Sequence record: MK250017.1
DNA: 64,000 bases
Reading direction: 5' to 3' (one strand)
The notes under the pieces were generated by a model. That model saw only the letters and a program-made list of their open reading frames with translations. It was not told the origin of the DNA and made no database searches. Both the position numbers and the translations under genes were made by a program. Shown here in pieces: positions 51,799-62,172 of this stretch (positions are counted from its first letter, which is position 1; every line of letters starts with the position of its first letter).

Positions 51799-52599
51799 TT
51801 ACTTTCCATAGTGGATGTAATCAATAAGTGCATTTGTATCAAGATTAGACTCAATTGCCTCCTGATCGTTAACTTCCTTAAGAGCTGCAATAACAGCCTT
51901 AAGCAACTTACTACGACGAGCAAGAAGGTCTGCACGCTGCTTCTGTGACCACTCACCAGTAAAACGCTGATGTGTATAATCACCAACCTCAACTGTCTTC
52001 TTACGCTGAACAACTGCTGCACGATAGTTTGCAGGAATATTAGCAGGGTCGATATTAGGATCTCGAAGAATTTCCTCAGTTGTTTCTGTTGTACGAGAAA
52101 CACCCTTTACAAGTTCATTCTCAAGAATTTCACGATTACCATATTCTGCATTATTTGTAGGTTTCCAAATTTCAGAATCTGAATAAACAGGGATTCTCTC
52201 ATACATTGTTACGAGTTCTTTTGATGTAAGAATACTCTTAAGACGCATAAGATCAAGAGCCGTCAACTCACCGAATGAATGACCATCTACAACAAGCTCA
52301 ACCTTACGAGCACCCATAGAGTTTGTAGCCTCAACAGAGAATACCTCATTAAGATAATTTGTTGCAATATTCTTAAACCAATCAAGCTGTTCTGATACAG
52401 TTGTCTGAACTGCTGTTACACCCTTCTTTGTAGGATCATCTGGATAACCCTCACGTGGGATATATGTCTTCTTCTCTCCGCGGAATGCGCCCTGTGCATT
52501 CTTAAAATACTGTGCATACTCATTTACCTCTTTTGCATACACTGATGCAGAATGGTCGACCTTTGCAAGGACGACATTCATCTTTTCTACTTTTGCCAT
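51799..52599 (-). CDS. Conserved phage helical protein (possibly DUF7873-like)
   Basis: FRGEKKTYIPREG, ELTALDLMRL, RRSKLLKAVIAAL; highly biased codons. Confidence 0.5.
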   Translation of the reverse strand: MAKVEKMNVVLAKVDHSASVYAKEVNEYAQYFKNAQGAFRGEKKTYIPREGYPDDPTKKGVTAVQTTVSEQLDWFKNIATNYLNEVFSVEATNSMGARKVELVVDGHSFGELTALDLMRLKSILTSKELVTMYERIPVYSDSEIWKPTNNAEYGNREILENELVKGVSRTTETTEEILRDPNIDPANIPANYRAAVVQRKKTVEVGDYTHQRFTGEWSQKQRADLLARRSKLLKAVIAALKEVNDQEAIESNLDTNALIDYIHYGK

Positions 52600-52702
52600 A
52601 ATTTACTAAAATTAAATGTTAATGTTAAAACTAAATTTATTATATATACATGTGTTATAGAGAAAAGTCTAATTATAAATAGAATAAAATTATATCTTAT
52701 AT

Positions 52703-53737
52703 ATGAATATAGATGAGTTATTACAGGAATTAACAAATAATTTATTATATGAAGTAAATGAATATGAAAAACATAAAGAATATAGAAAAGATTATCGTAG
52801 TAGACTAAGGTATTATTTTACATTAGAAGAACAATTAGGATTATATGTATATAATTATTATAAAGGATGTATATCATCAAGAAAATTAGTAAATATATCT
52901 GAATTAATTAATGATAATATATCAAATTTAAATGTAGATATATTCACACATTATTATATGAAAGTAGATTATAATAATAACATACCACATTATATAATAT
53001 ATCAAGAAAATAATGGTATACCTATTTATATACAATTATATAATAATTCAGAGCAACATAAAGAAGATTTTATAAGTAATAATAAGATTATAATTTATAT
53101 AGAGTTAAATGAGTTAAAAGAAAGTAAAGATACATTTATATATTATGCAATTAAATACCATTTTAAATATGTAATTAATAAAGTTTGTAAATATAATATT
53201 AATTATGTATTACAAAGAAATGAATTAAATAATATTTTAACATTATATAAAAATATTGAAACTAATAATTATAAAGATTTAAAAGAATATTTGCAAAATT
53301 TAAATAATAATGAAATAATAAAATATTGTGAGTATAAAGTATATTAGGATTTTATGATATATTATAATTATAATAATATTTTAAATACTTATCATATATT
53401 TGAATTTTATGTATATAAAATTAATAGATTATATGATAATTAGGATTATTTATCTATATTTCTATTAGGTAAATTATTATAGAAACAGTATTTAATATAT
53501 AATAAAGTAACAATAAATGATCAATTTATAAATCATTATATTGAATGTTGTAAAAAATCTGATAGAAAATCAAATAGTTATAAACATAAATATCAATTAA
53601 TAGCATTATATATTTGTGATATTCTATATATGAAAGCAAGCAAATATCGTACATATATCTATAATACAGTAAGTGATGTATTAACTAAAAAACATATAAA
53701 TTTTAATCCATTTAAATATTATGATAACAGTAAATAA
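52703..53737 (+). CDS. TAG-recoded hypothetical protein (344 aa)
   Basis: Frame open through 3 TAG to TAA 53737; TATAAATA at 52674. Confidence 0.55.
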
Positions 53738-54245
53738 GTCTATAGATATAAATAAGGAATCATATCCGAAATGTCCATACAGTAAAGAATTATGTGATCC
53801 AAATATATTGTTTAATGATTATGCTATTAATAAGAAAGATAAATGTATATCATGTAAATATTGGAGATCTAATTATGATTATATAGTTAATAAACATTTA
53901 GAAGATGTAAAGAAGAATCCTAATTCAAATTATAATATTATTGTTAATGAAGTAAACAGAAATGGAGGAAAGTATATAAAATTTGATAATGATGATATTG
54001 GGTTTTTGATTTGTGCGACATCTACAATAGAAGATTATTACTATATGTATATGGATAAAGACAGAAATATTAAAATGTCATCATGTGTCGGTGGATATGA
54101 AATTATAGAATCTCCAGAAACAATACAGAATCTCTCTGTATTGAGTTATATTCGCAAACATGATAAAATGTATATCAAAGAAAAAATAACGCGATACATA
54201 AAGAATTTGAAATATGATAAAGTAATAACTAATATATTTTATTAA
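53721..54245 (+). CDS. Hypothetical protein
   Basis: 174-aa ORF. Confidence 0.55.
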   Translation: MITVNKSIDINKESYPKCPYSKELCDPNILFNDYAINKKDKCISCKYWRSNYDYIVNKHLEDVKKNPNSNYNIIVNEVNRNGGKYIKFDNDDIGFLICATSTIEDYYYMYMDKDRNIKMSSCVGGYEIIESPETIQNLSVLSYIRKHDKMYIKEKITRYIKNLKYDKVITNIFY

Positions 54246-54322
54246 TAAATATTTAAATGATTAAATATAAGTTTTATATTTAAATAAATATAACAAATAA
54301 AAATATATTTTTAATTGTAAAG

Positions 54323-54769
54323 ATGAAAGTTAAAGATAAGAAAGCATTATATGAATCCATCATGATGAATGTATCAAAGATGGTTAAGAAAGCCATAAAT
54401 GAATATGGTGACGGTATTGATGCAGAAGATGAAATCGTTGATGACGAACCAATGGATGATGATATTACTGTATATGTCCCATTGGTTGGTTGTGAGTGTA
54501 AATGTATTCTTTGTAATGATGAGGATGGAAATTCATATTATGAGGTTCATGATGATAATGATGATTATGTATGTGAAGTTCATGATGATGTTGATCCAGA
54601 GGATGAAGATGCATTGGTTTCTGCTATTGAAGATAATTATCAGTGGGAAACACAGTCTGGTGATTATGAGGATGTAGATCCATTGGGACCTTCAGATGAT
54701 GATGAAGATTCTGATGATATGGATGATGCATTTGATGATTATGAGGATGAAGAAGATTATGATGTTTAA
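54323..54769 (+). CDS. Very acidic protein with KALYESIM..VSKMVKKAINE leader
   Basis: Asp/Glu-rich after INE. Confidence 0.6.
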   Translation: MKVKDKKALYESIMMNVSKMVKKAINEYGDGIDAEDEIVDDEPMDDDITVYVPLVGCECKCILCNDEDGNSYYEVHDDNDDYVCEVHDDVDPEDEDALVSAIEDNYQWETQSGDYEDVDPLGPSDDDEDSDDMDDAFDDYEDEEDYDV

Positions 54770-54773
54770 ATAA

Positions 54774-55133
54774 ATGAAACGGATTATTAATATAAGACCT
54801 TTATCAGAAGAAACTATGCGAAAATCTTTTGGTGCTTCAATGGAAGATAAGTTGAGGGAATTGAAAGATGAGATTAAAGACAGCAGGTTATTGGAAGATA
54901 CATTGTCATTTCCTATTGGGCGTGAAGTTTATGTTGATCCGACCGCGGGTATGCGATATAAGATGTTGGGTGGACATTTATCATATGCCGGTATGAGTCT
55001 CAATCAGTTGGATTAGCAGTTATATTCTGATTTGGTTTCCGGTAGACAAACTGTTGATGCAGTATTAGATACCTGGAAAAATAAAAGGGTTAAAAAAATG
55101 AACTTTTCTTCAGGAAAAATGAAGAAAAAGTAA
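54774..55133 (+). CDS. TAG-recoded hypothetical protein (119 aa)
   Basis: One TAG at 55014, TAA 55133. Confidence 0.55.
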
Positions 55134-55215
55134 GATAAAACTATAAAAAATTAAATAAAAATGAGAATTAATAAAATATACGAAATTTTATTAATTCTCA
55201 TTTTTTAATTATTAT

Positions 55216-56172
55216 TCAGAATAATGCATCACATTTATTCTCTTTTATCGGACACCAATTCTCGTTATAATTCCAATAACTATTTTCGTATATAGTATTG
55301 TTTTTAATAGCCATTTTTATAGCTAATTCTGTATATTGTTTAGTTTTCACACAAGCATGAATACTATTCCATATTTTTATTACTTTATAATCTTCATTAA
55401 ACTAATATATTTTTCTTGTACATTTTATTTTAGTTTTGTCTACATGTTCGAATTTATATACAGATGCTAATGTTTTACCACCACGATTATGCAATAATCG
55501 CTATATTGATGCGCTAGATATTTCATCTTTTAAATCATCATAACATTCCTTTAATGATTCATATTGTTTCATAAACACTCCATGCTTGTAATAGTTTATT
55601 TTTCTTAGATTCGCTTTTACTGCATTTAAATTATCTCTATGAATTCCTTTTTGTTTTGATTCATAATGTGTACCTATATACAAATTATGTAGTTTCTATT
55701 TATGATTATTTGATACTTTATGTCCTGGTGTACCGTCACCACCTATAGTTATATTATAGCCTTTTTCTCTATCTACTGTATTATATTTTTTAATAAAAAA
55801 TTGTTCTTTATCATTAAGTGTTTTTTTAATTAATCTTTTATTTTCTTTAGTATCTTCAAATAATTCACTTCTATATAAAACTTCATAATCAAAATTATCT
55901 TTTCCATATTTTGATATAGCCGCATAAATAATAGGTGTATTAGTCTGTAACAATTCTTCTTTAGAAAATGTCTGTCCTTTATGAATTTTATCCAATTCAG
56001 ACTACATACCTAAATGATTCTGATAATCATTATTTAATATATCATCAGAATCATTGTCTGTATCAGATTCATCATTAGTCTAATCATTATTCTAATTTAA
56101 TTCATCCTATTTCTATCTGATACTTTCATCAAAATTATTTGACATATCTTCATTTAATGATATAATATCCAT
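55216..56172 (-). CDS. TAG-recoded GIY-YIG/NUMOD homing-endonuclease derivative lacking the GIY-YIG motif
   Basis: ATG 56172 to TGA 55216, 8 TAG; AISKYGKDNF, EQFFIKKYNT, GYNITIGGDG, NUMOD1-like repeats. Confidence 0.7.
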
Positions 56173-56210
56173 ATATGTCTATATAAGTTTAACTATATAA
56201 CTCTTCATAT

Positions 56211-56678
56211 TTAAAGGAATATTTTTACAATATCACATGCTAATCCTTCTCTATCTTCAACAGGAATATAATTATAAATGATATAATTAAACATTACACT
56301 TTTAGAATATTCTTTCTTTTTCTTACTCTTATACATCATCAAATCATAAACCTGATTTTCATTCAGATAATCATCAATAAGCCAATCAACAACATTATCT
56401 ATATCATCTTTCTTAAGAAAAGTAACAATAATATCAAAATATGTTCCGTTCAACTCAATAGCTCTATTTGCAAATGAACTAAATCTCCCGAAATTCTTTT
56501 TCCTATAATCTTCAATAGATAAAGCTCCTTCACCTGTTAATATCCTACCTGCAACATATCTTCTAATAGCCTTACTGGAATCTTTAATAAGCTTGCACAT
56601 CGTTGAACCATCATCATTGGTATCGATAAGTTTCTGAACCCTCTTAAAATCCTTATTCTCAACTTCTGTATAAACCAT
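56211..56678 (-). CDS. Hypothetical protein with RYVA-domain
   Basis: KAIRRYVAGRIL...FANRAIELNGT. Confidence 0.55.
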   Translation of the reverse strand: MVYTEVENKDFKRVQKLIDTNDDGSTMCKLIKDSSKAIRRYVAGRILTGEGALSIEDYRKKNFGRFSSFANRAIELNGTYFDIIVTFLKKDDIDNVVDWLIDDYLNENQVYDLMMYKSKKKKEYSKSVMFNYIIYNYIPVEDREGLACDIVKIFL

Positions 56679-57002
56679 AATTATAAAATCTTTATTAGTT
56701 AAACAAAAATTAGCATATGAAAATTCATATTATTTATTAATAGAATTTTATATGTCTAATATATCATTATTTTATATAATATAATAATTAAAAAGTCAAT
56801 ATATAAATAAAGAAAATAATATTTCATATATGATAAAGAAATATCCTACAGAATTTTGCTTAAAATATTTAGTACCACATAATATACGAAGAGATAATAT
56901 TAAATATACTGTTCAAGATAGAAAATATCTACACATGTTATTAAATAAAATGAATAATAAAAAAGGTTGAATATTATATGTAATATTCAACCTTCATATA
57001 TA

Positions 57003-58907
57003 TTATAACTTCTCTATAATTTTATCTCTCTCTTCTTTCGTTATTATAATAACAAATTCCTTATTAGAACCAAAATGAGATCTGTTTGTCAATGTTTCTT
57101 TAATATATGGAACATATTTAGTAATCAAATCATCAGTCACAAATAAATATTTCTCACAATCATAATTCTTCAAACAAATATCTATCCAACCATCACAATC
57201 CCTATTAACAGACTCAACACCAGGCCAATTCTCAATATTCCCATATGGTGAACATGTCAATAAACACTGATACTTACCTGTATTCGTACAACAATCAGCA
57301 ATATCTAAATCACATGTAACATTACATAATAAATCAGAATCAATAACAGGTTTCAAGAATTCATATATTTCTTTACTTTCCTTCACACTCGATTCACATA
57401 AATCCCGACCTATATATGATTTACAACATGCCAATGTTCCTATCATTCTACCGCTATATCCAGAAAACGGATCAAATATTGTATCAAACTCATTAAGATA
57501 TTTCTTTATAAGATATTTTGCAAGATCAGGTTTAAAATAAGTAACAGTCTGAAACATCCTTGATGCATTCAATCCTATTCCATAAATAAAATCAGGAACA
57601 TAACATTCATCAATAAAATGTTTCCTTCCTTCTGATTTATACCAATCTGCAAACTTCAATCTGTTAACAAGAAGTTTCCTAAATAATTCCTTATCTGACT
57701 TGATTTTATTCCATCCTTCATATGGTGATATACTGTTATCAATATGTGCATATATAATAGACTTATGAAACTTCTTTATAATTTTAGAAGGTGTTCGCAA
57801 ATCTCTATCCTTTGATTTAATATATTCAAATTCTTTAATACATTCTTCATCAGTAACAGGATGTACAGTAGAAGGTGGAAAATATATATCCTGAATCTTT
57901 TCAAACTCTCTGTCTAAATACTTATCAACAACTTCATTACAATGTGCTGTCGTGCAATTCGCGCTCTTACATAAATTATCTTCTGTCTCTTCTTCACCGT
58001 TTACAATAACCGGTTTATATTTAGGTTTACTTAATAAGTCAGAAATATTAGTATATTTGTTAACCGATTTCTCTTTCTCTTTCTTATTTTCTTCAGATTT
58101 ATCTTCTTTTTTAACCTCTTTATGTTTAGTCTCTTTAACTTTCTTTTGTTCTTTAACTGGAAATACTTCTTGAATACTGGTTTCTACTAAATCCTGTTTT
58201 TCAATGATTTCATTTATATTATCATCAACAGTATATTTAACTAACAAAACAGGTTTATATTTAAAACGCGGTGCTTTACTGGCACAACTTGTAGAACAAT
58301 ATTTCGTATACAATTTTGTATTCTTTCCAATCCAAATAACAGGTTTTCCGCAAACAGGACATTTAGGTTTCTCATAAACACCTTTCCTTATTCGCTGAAC
58401 AGTCTCAAGAATAGAAGATGAATCATCAAATCTATTATTCAAATAATCTAATATAATAGGATTATCTATAAGTTCAACATACTTGTCATATATAATATGA
58501 TTAATAACAACATAATCATTCATATATTCAGAATTATCTATAGACTTCTGCCATTCCTTAAATCTATCATCTCGATGTTCTGCAATTTTAAAACTGTCTT
58601 TATATTGTTCTCTACATAATGAATTATACTTTGACTTACATATAGATGAATCACATGTTTCTTTATAACCGTTTCCTATTCTTCCACTCCATCTTGCTTT
58701 TTTACCACAAAACTTACATGTTACAACAGAATGCAAATCATGAATAACATAATATAACCTCTCTAATATATCTTCATGATGTGTTAAAAAATCCGTGAAA
58801 TCATAAACTTCTTTATTTACATCTTCATTATTTTTAACTATATAAATTAACTGTCTTAAACTTATTTCTTTATTATTATATTGTTTTAAATAATCATTTA
58901 ATTGCAT
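57003..58907 (-). CDS. Zinc-ribbon repeat protein fused to a DNA amino-methyltransferase-like domain
   Basis: CKFCG and KPKCPVCG..YCSTSC repeats; FDPFSGYSGR (motif I), YIGRD, TCSPY (degenerate motif IV). Confidence 0.7.
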   Translation of the reverse strand: MQLNDYLKQYNNKEISLRQLIYIVKNNEDVNKEVYDFTDFLTHHEDILERLYYVIHDLHSVVTCKFCGKKARWSGRIGNGYKETCDSSICKSKYNSLCREQYKDSFKIAEHRDDRFKEWQKSIDNSEYMNDYVVINHIIYDKYVELIDNPIILDYLNNRFDDSSSILETVQRIRKGVYEKPKCPVCGKPVIWIGKNTKLYTKYCSTSCASKAPRFKYKPVLLVKYTVDDNINEIIEKQDLVETSIQEVFPVKEQKKVKETKHKEVKKEDKSEENKKEKEKSVNKYTNISDLLSKPKYKPVIVNGEEETEDNLCKSANCTTAHCNEVVDKYLDREFEKIQDIYFPPSTVHPVTDEECIKEFEYIKSKDRDLRTPSKIIKKFHKSIIYAHIDNSISPYEGWNKIKSDKELFRKLLVNRLKFADWYKSEGRKHFIDECYVPDFIYGIGLNASRMFQTVTYFKPDLAKYLIKKYLNEFDTIFDPFSGYSGRMIGTLACCKSYIGRDLCESSVKESKEIYEFLKPVIDSDLLCNVTCDLDIADCCTNTGKYQCLLTCSPYGNIENWPGVESVNRDCDGWIDICLKNYDCEKYLFVTDDLITKYVPYIKETLTNRSHFGSNKEFVIIITKEERDKIIEKL

Positions 58908-59074
58908 AATAATACTTTATTATTTCTAATAATATTTATATGTTAAAAAAACTCATTTGTTTTATAATGTTAATGGATTTGTTTTCAAAGACTTTCATAT
59001 TAAACATATATATAATAAATAAGATGTAATCTTTATAATTTAGATATATATTATAAATTAAATAATTTAGACAA

Positions 59075-59680
59075 ATGAAATATGTAAGTGCAAAAGAAGC
59101 AAAGAAATATTTTTAGATTTCAGGTTAGACATTGAAGGTATGGAAAGATACTAATAAAATTTTAACTAAACAATTTTCATAGAAAAAAATTTTATATGAT
59201 ATTGATTCAGTAAATAATGATAATAATATTACAAATACCAGGAAGAATGTAATATATGCAAGAGTTTCATGTAGTAATTAGAAATAGTCATTAGATAATT
59301 AGATTGAATTAATTAAATCATATATGATTTCTAATGGTATTAAAGTAGATGATATATATTCAGAAATATCATCAGGTTTAAATGAAGATAGAAAAGAATT
59401 AGCTAGATTAATTCATGATATAGATAATGAATAGATTAATAAAGTGTATATATCATTTAAAGATAGATTAACACGATTTGGATTTAATTATTTTAAAACC
59501 ATGTTTGAAAATCATGGTACAGAAATTATTGTATTAGATGATAATGAAGATACAAATAAAGACTATAAAACAGAATTAGTTGAAGATTTAATTTCTATTA
59601 TACACAATTATTATACTAAATTATATTCTAATAGAAGAAAAGAATTAAAAGAAATAGAAAAAATTTTAAAAAATGAGTAA
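59075..59680 (+). CDS. tnpA: IS607 serine-recombinase transposase (201 aa)
   Basis: MerR-like HTH, IYARVS..N(TAG)K(TAG)SLDN(TAG), SEISSG, FKDRLTRFG; 8 TAG. Confidence 0.9.
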
Positions 59681-59731
59681 TTTTTTAAAATAATTTAGAT
59701 AAATATTATAAAGATTACAAAAGTTACAAAA

Positions 59732-61081
59732 ATGCAAGTATTGAAGATTAAATATCAAACAGATAAAGAATCATTAGATATTATACGGAATTATATGAGA
59801 CAATATAGTTCTGTATAGCATTTTGTATATAATAGGATATAGGAAGGTAAATTATAGAAAGATATAAAACAATAGATTAAGTTATTAAATAATGTAGATT
59901 TATTAGATAGTTGGTTTGTTTAGTGTAGTTTTTATAATATACCTAAAGTTGATAAAGTAATATTTGGTGGAAAGAAGAATTATTTTTAGAGATTAAAAAA
60001 TAATATATCTAAAGAACAGTTTAAATAGAAACGTTTATCCCCTATATATTCAATAGGTGAAGTTATAAACAAATCTGTTAAAGGAAATAGAAAATTTCAT
60101 ATAGAACAAGACTTAGAAAATATTATCTTTAAACCTAATAAATTAACTAAAATAAATTTACAACTTATTGGTTTAAATAAACGAAAGTAGATGTTATCTA
60201 AATTATATTAGAAACAAGAAAGAAAAGAAATAAAAATAGCTTATAAATTAGATTTAGAATATATCTATATAATATTTGAAGAAACTGATATTTATAATTA
60301 TGAAACAAAATTTATAAAAAATAGAGTTCTTGCATTAGATTTAAATCCAAATTATATTGGATGGTCTATAGTTGATTGGAAATCTGAGAGTGAATTTGAT
60401 GTTATTAAATCAGGTGTTTATTCAATTAAAAAATTGAATGACATAGATTTTGGTTTAAAAAATAAAGGATATAGTTCAGAATCTAATGAAAGAAAATATA
60501 TTTCTGTTAAAAGAAATTATGAGACTTTACAAATTGTAAAGAATATAGTGAATAAATCTATATATTACAAATGTCAGATTATATCTATTGAAGATTTAAA
60601 TATTAAATCAAGTGATAAAGAATTAGGTAAACGATTTAATAAGTTAGTAAATAATTCATGGTGTAGAAATGCATTTGTGAATAATTTAACTAAAAGATGT
60701 AATATTCATAATATTAAATTATTGAAAGTGAAACCTGAATATTCTAGTTTTATAGGAAATTTCTTATATAGAAGTTTAAATTTACCGGATATGATATTAG
60801 CTTCAATAGAAATAGGAAGACGCGGATATGAGTTTTATAATCAATATATAAGTAAAGTAAAAGAAATTAAAAAGAATATAGTAAGACCGAATTTAAGTAT
60901 ATTTCAAAAGTTGTATCTTAAGTCGTTGGAAGAATTTAATTTACAGCCGATATACAAGGATTTGATTGAATTATATTACTTCTTCAAAAAGTCGAAACTT
61001 AAATATCGACTTTCTATAGATTCATTCAATCTATAGTTTTCTAGCTTTTATTCGAATACAAGTTTAATTGTATTTATATAA
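59732..61081 (+). CDS. tnpB: TnpB RuvC nuclease (449 aa)
   Basis: RuvC I ALDLNP, II SIEDL, III LPDMILAS; 10 TAG; no CxxC zinc finger. Confidence 0.8.
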
Positions 61082-61097
61082 ATTATAATGTTTATAA

Positions 61098-62123
61098 TTT
61101 ATTATAATAAAAGTATTTAATAAATGTGGACATATAAATGAAATTACAAGACAAGCAATAAACTATTACTATAGGAATAGTAATCATATATATTGTAATA
61201 AGTGTGAATATAAAGAATTAACATATAGGAGTAATTTTGAAAAAGATGTTGTTAAAGAAATAGGAAATATTATAAAAGAAACTAACTATTCTATTATAAC
61301 AAATAAACATATTTATAATGGTAAAGAACATTTTGAAGTTGATATATTAATTCCTGAATTAAATTTAGCAATAGACTGNNNNNNNNNNNNNNNNNNNNNN
61401 NNNNNNNNNNNNNNNNNNNNNNNNNNNNNNNNNNNNNNNNNNNNNNNNNNNNNNNNNNNNNNNNNNNNNNNNNNNNNNNNNNNNNNNNNNNNNNNNNATG
61501 ATATTTATAAGAAAGACATTATATTAAGCCGTTTATCTAGTAAATTAAAATTAAATAAACATATATATGCAAGAAAATGTTTAATTAAAGAATTGACTCC
61601 TAAATTATATAGGGATTTCTGTAATGAAAATCATTTACATGGATCTGTTAATGCTTCAATAAAAGTAGGATTATTTTTTAATGATGAGTTAGTTGAAGTA
61701 ATAGGTTTAGGTAAATCTCGTAAATTAATAGGTAATAATAAAGAAGAAGTTTCATATGAATTATTACGTTTATGTACAAAGAAATATATTAACGTTATAG
61801 GTGGTTTTTCTAAATTAATGAATTATGTTATTAATAAGTTTAATATAAATTTAATATATAGTTATGCAGATTTATCATGGATAGATTTAAAAGGAACATC
61901 ATACATTAATAGTGGATTTTATATAGATAAAGTTATTGATAATGAATATTGGTGGGTTGTAAACAATATACGAGAGAATCGATTGAATTATACAAAGAGT
62001 AAATTGGTATCATTAGGGTATGATAAGCATTTAACAGAAATTGAAATAATGCATTCTTTAAAGTATTATAGAATATTTGGTCCTGGAAATTTAAAATTTA
62101 TATATAAAAAGAAAAGTCTCTAA
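61098..62123 (+). pseudogene. Hef-like homing endonuclease, apparently 5'-truncated (no ATG; partly masked)
   Basis: Open frame KCGH..CNKC..EVDILIPELNLAID in frame with FCNENHLHG, YELLRLC, GGFSKL, SYADL. Confidence 0.6.
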
Positions 62124-62145
62124 GAAATAAATCTTAGAGACTTTA
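62115..62145. terminator. Hairpin terminator between convergent hef-like and capsid genes
   Basis: aaagtctctaaga-aataaa-tcttagagacttt. Confidence 0.7.
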
Positions 62146-62172
62146 TTATATAATATTGTTTTGATAAAATTA

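Larger units (their letters stand above)
59075..61081 (+). mobile_element. IS607-family element (tnpA+tnpB), TAG-recoded; exact ends not determined
   Basis: Adjacent serine-recombinase TnpA and RuvC TnpB. Confidence 0.85.

Noticed and set aside
55216-55218. TGA readthrough (code 4/25)
   Set aside because: TGA appears as a true stop here and never interrupts conserved domains.
2954-61081. Pseudogene interpretation of TAG-interrupted ORFs
   Set aside because: Interruptions are exclusively TAG, frames and motifs are preserved, and essential genes such as the capsid are affected; recoding explains this better.
59732-61130. TnpB as a CRISPR-Cas12 effector
   Set aside because: No repeat-spacer array seen anywhere in the window, and it is paired with IS607 tnpA.
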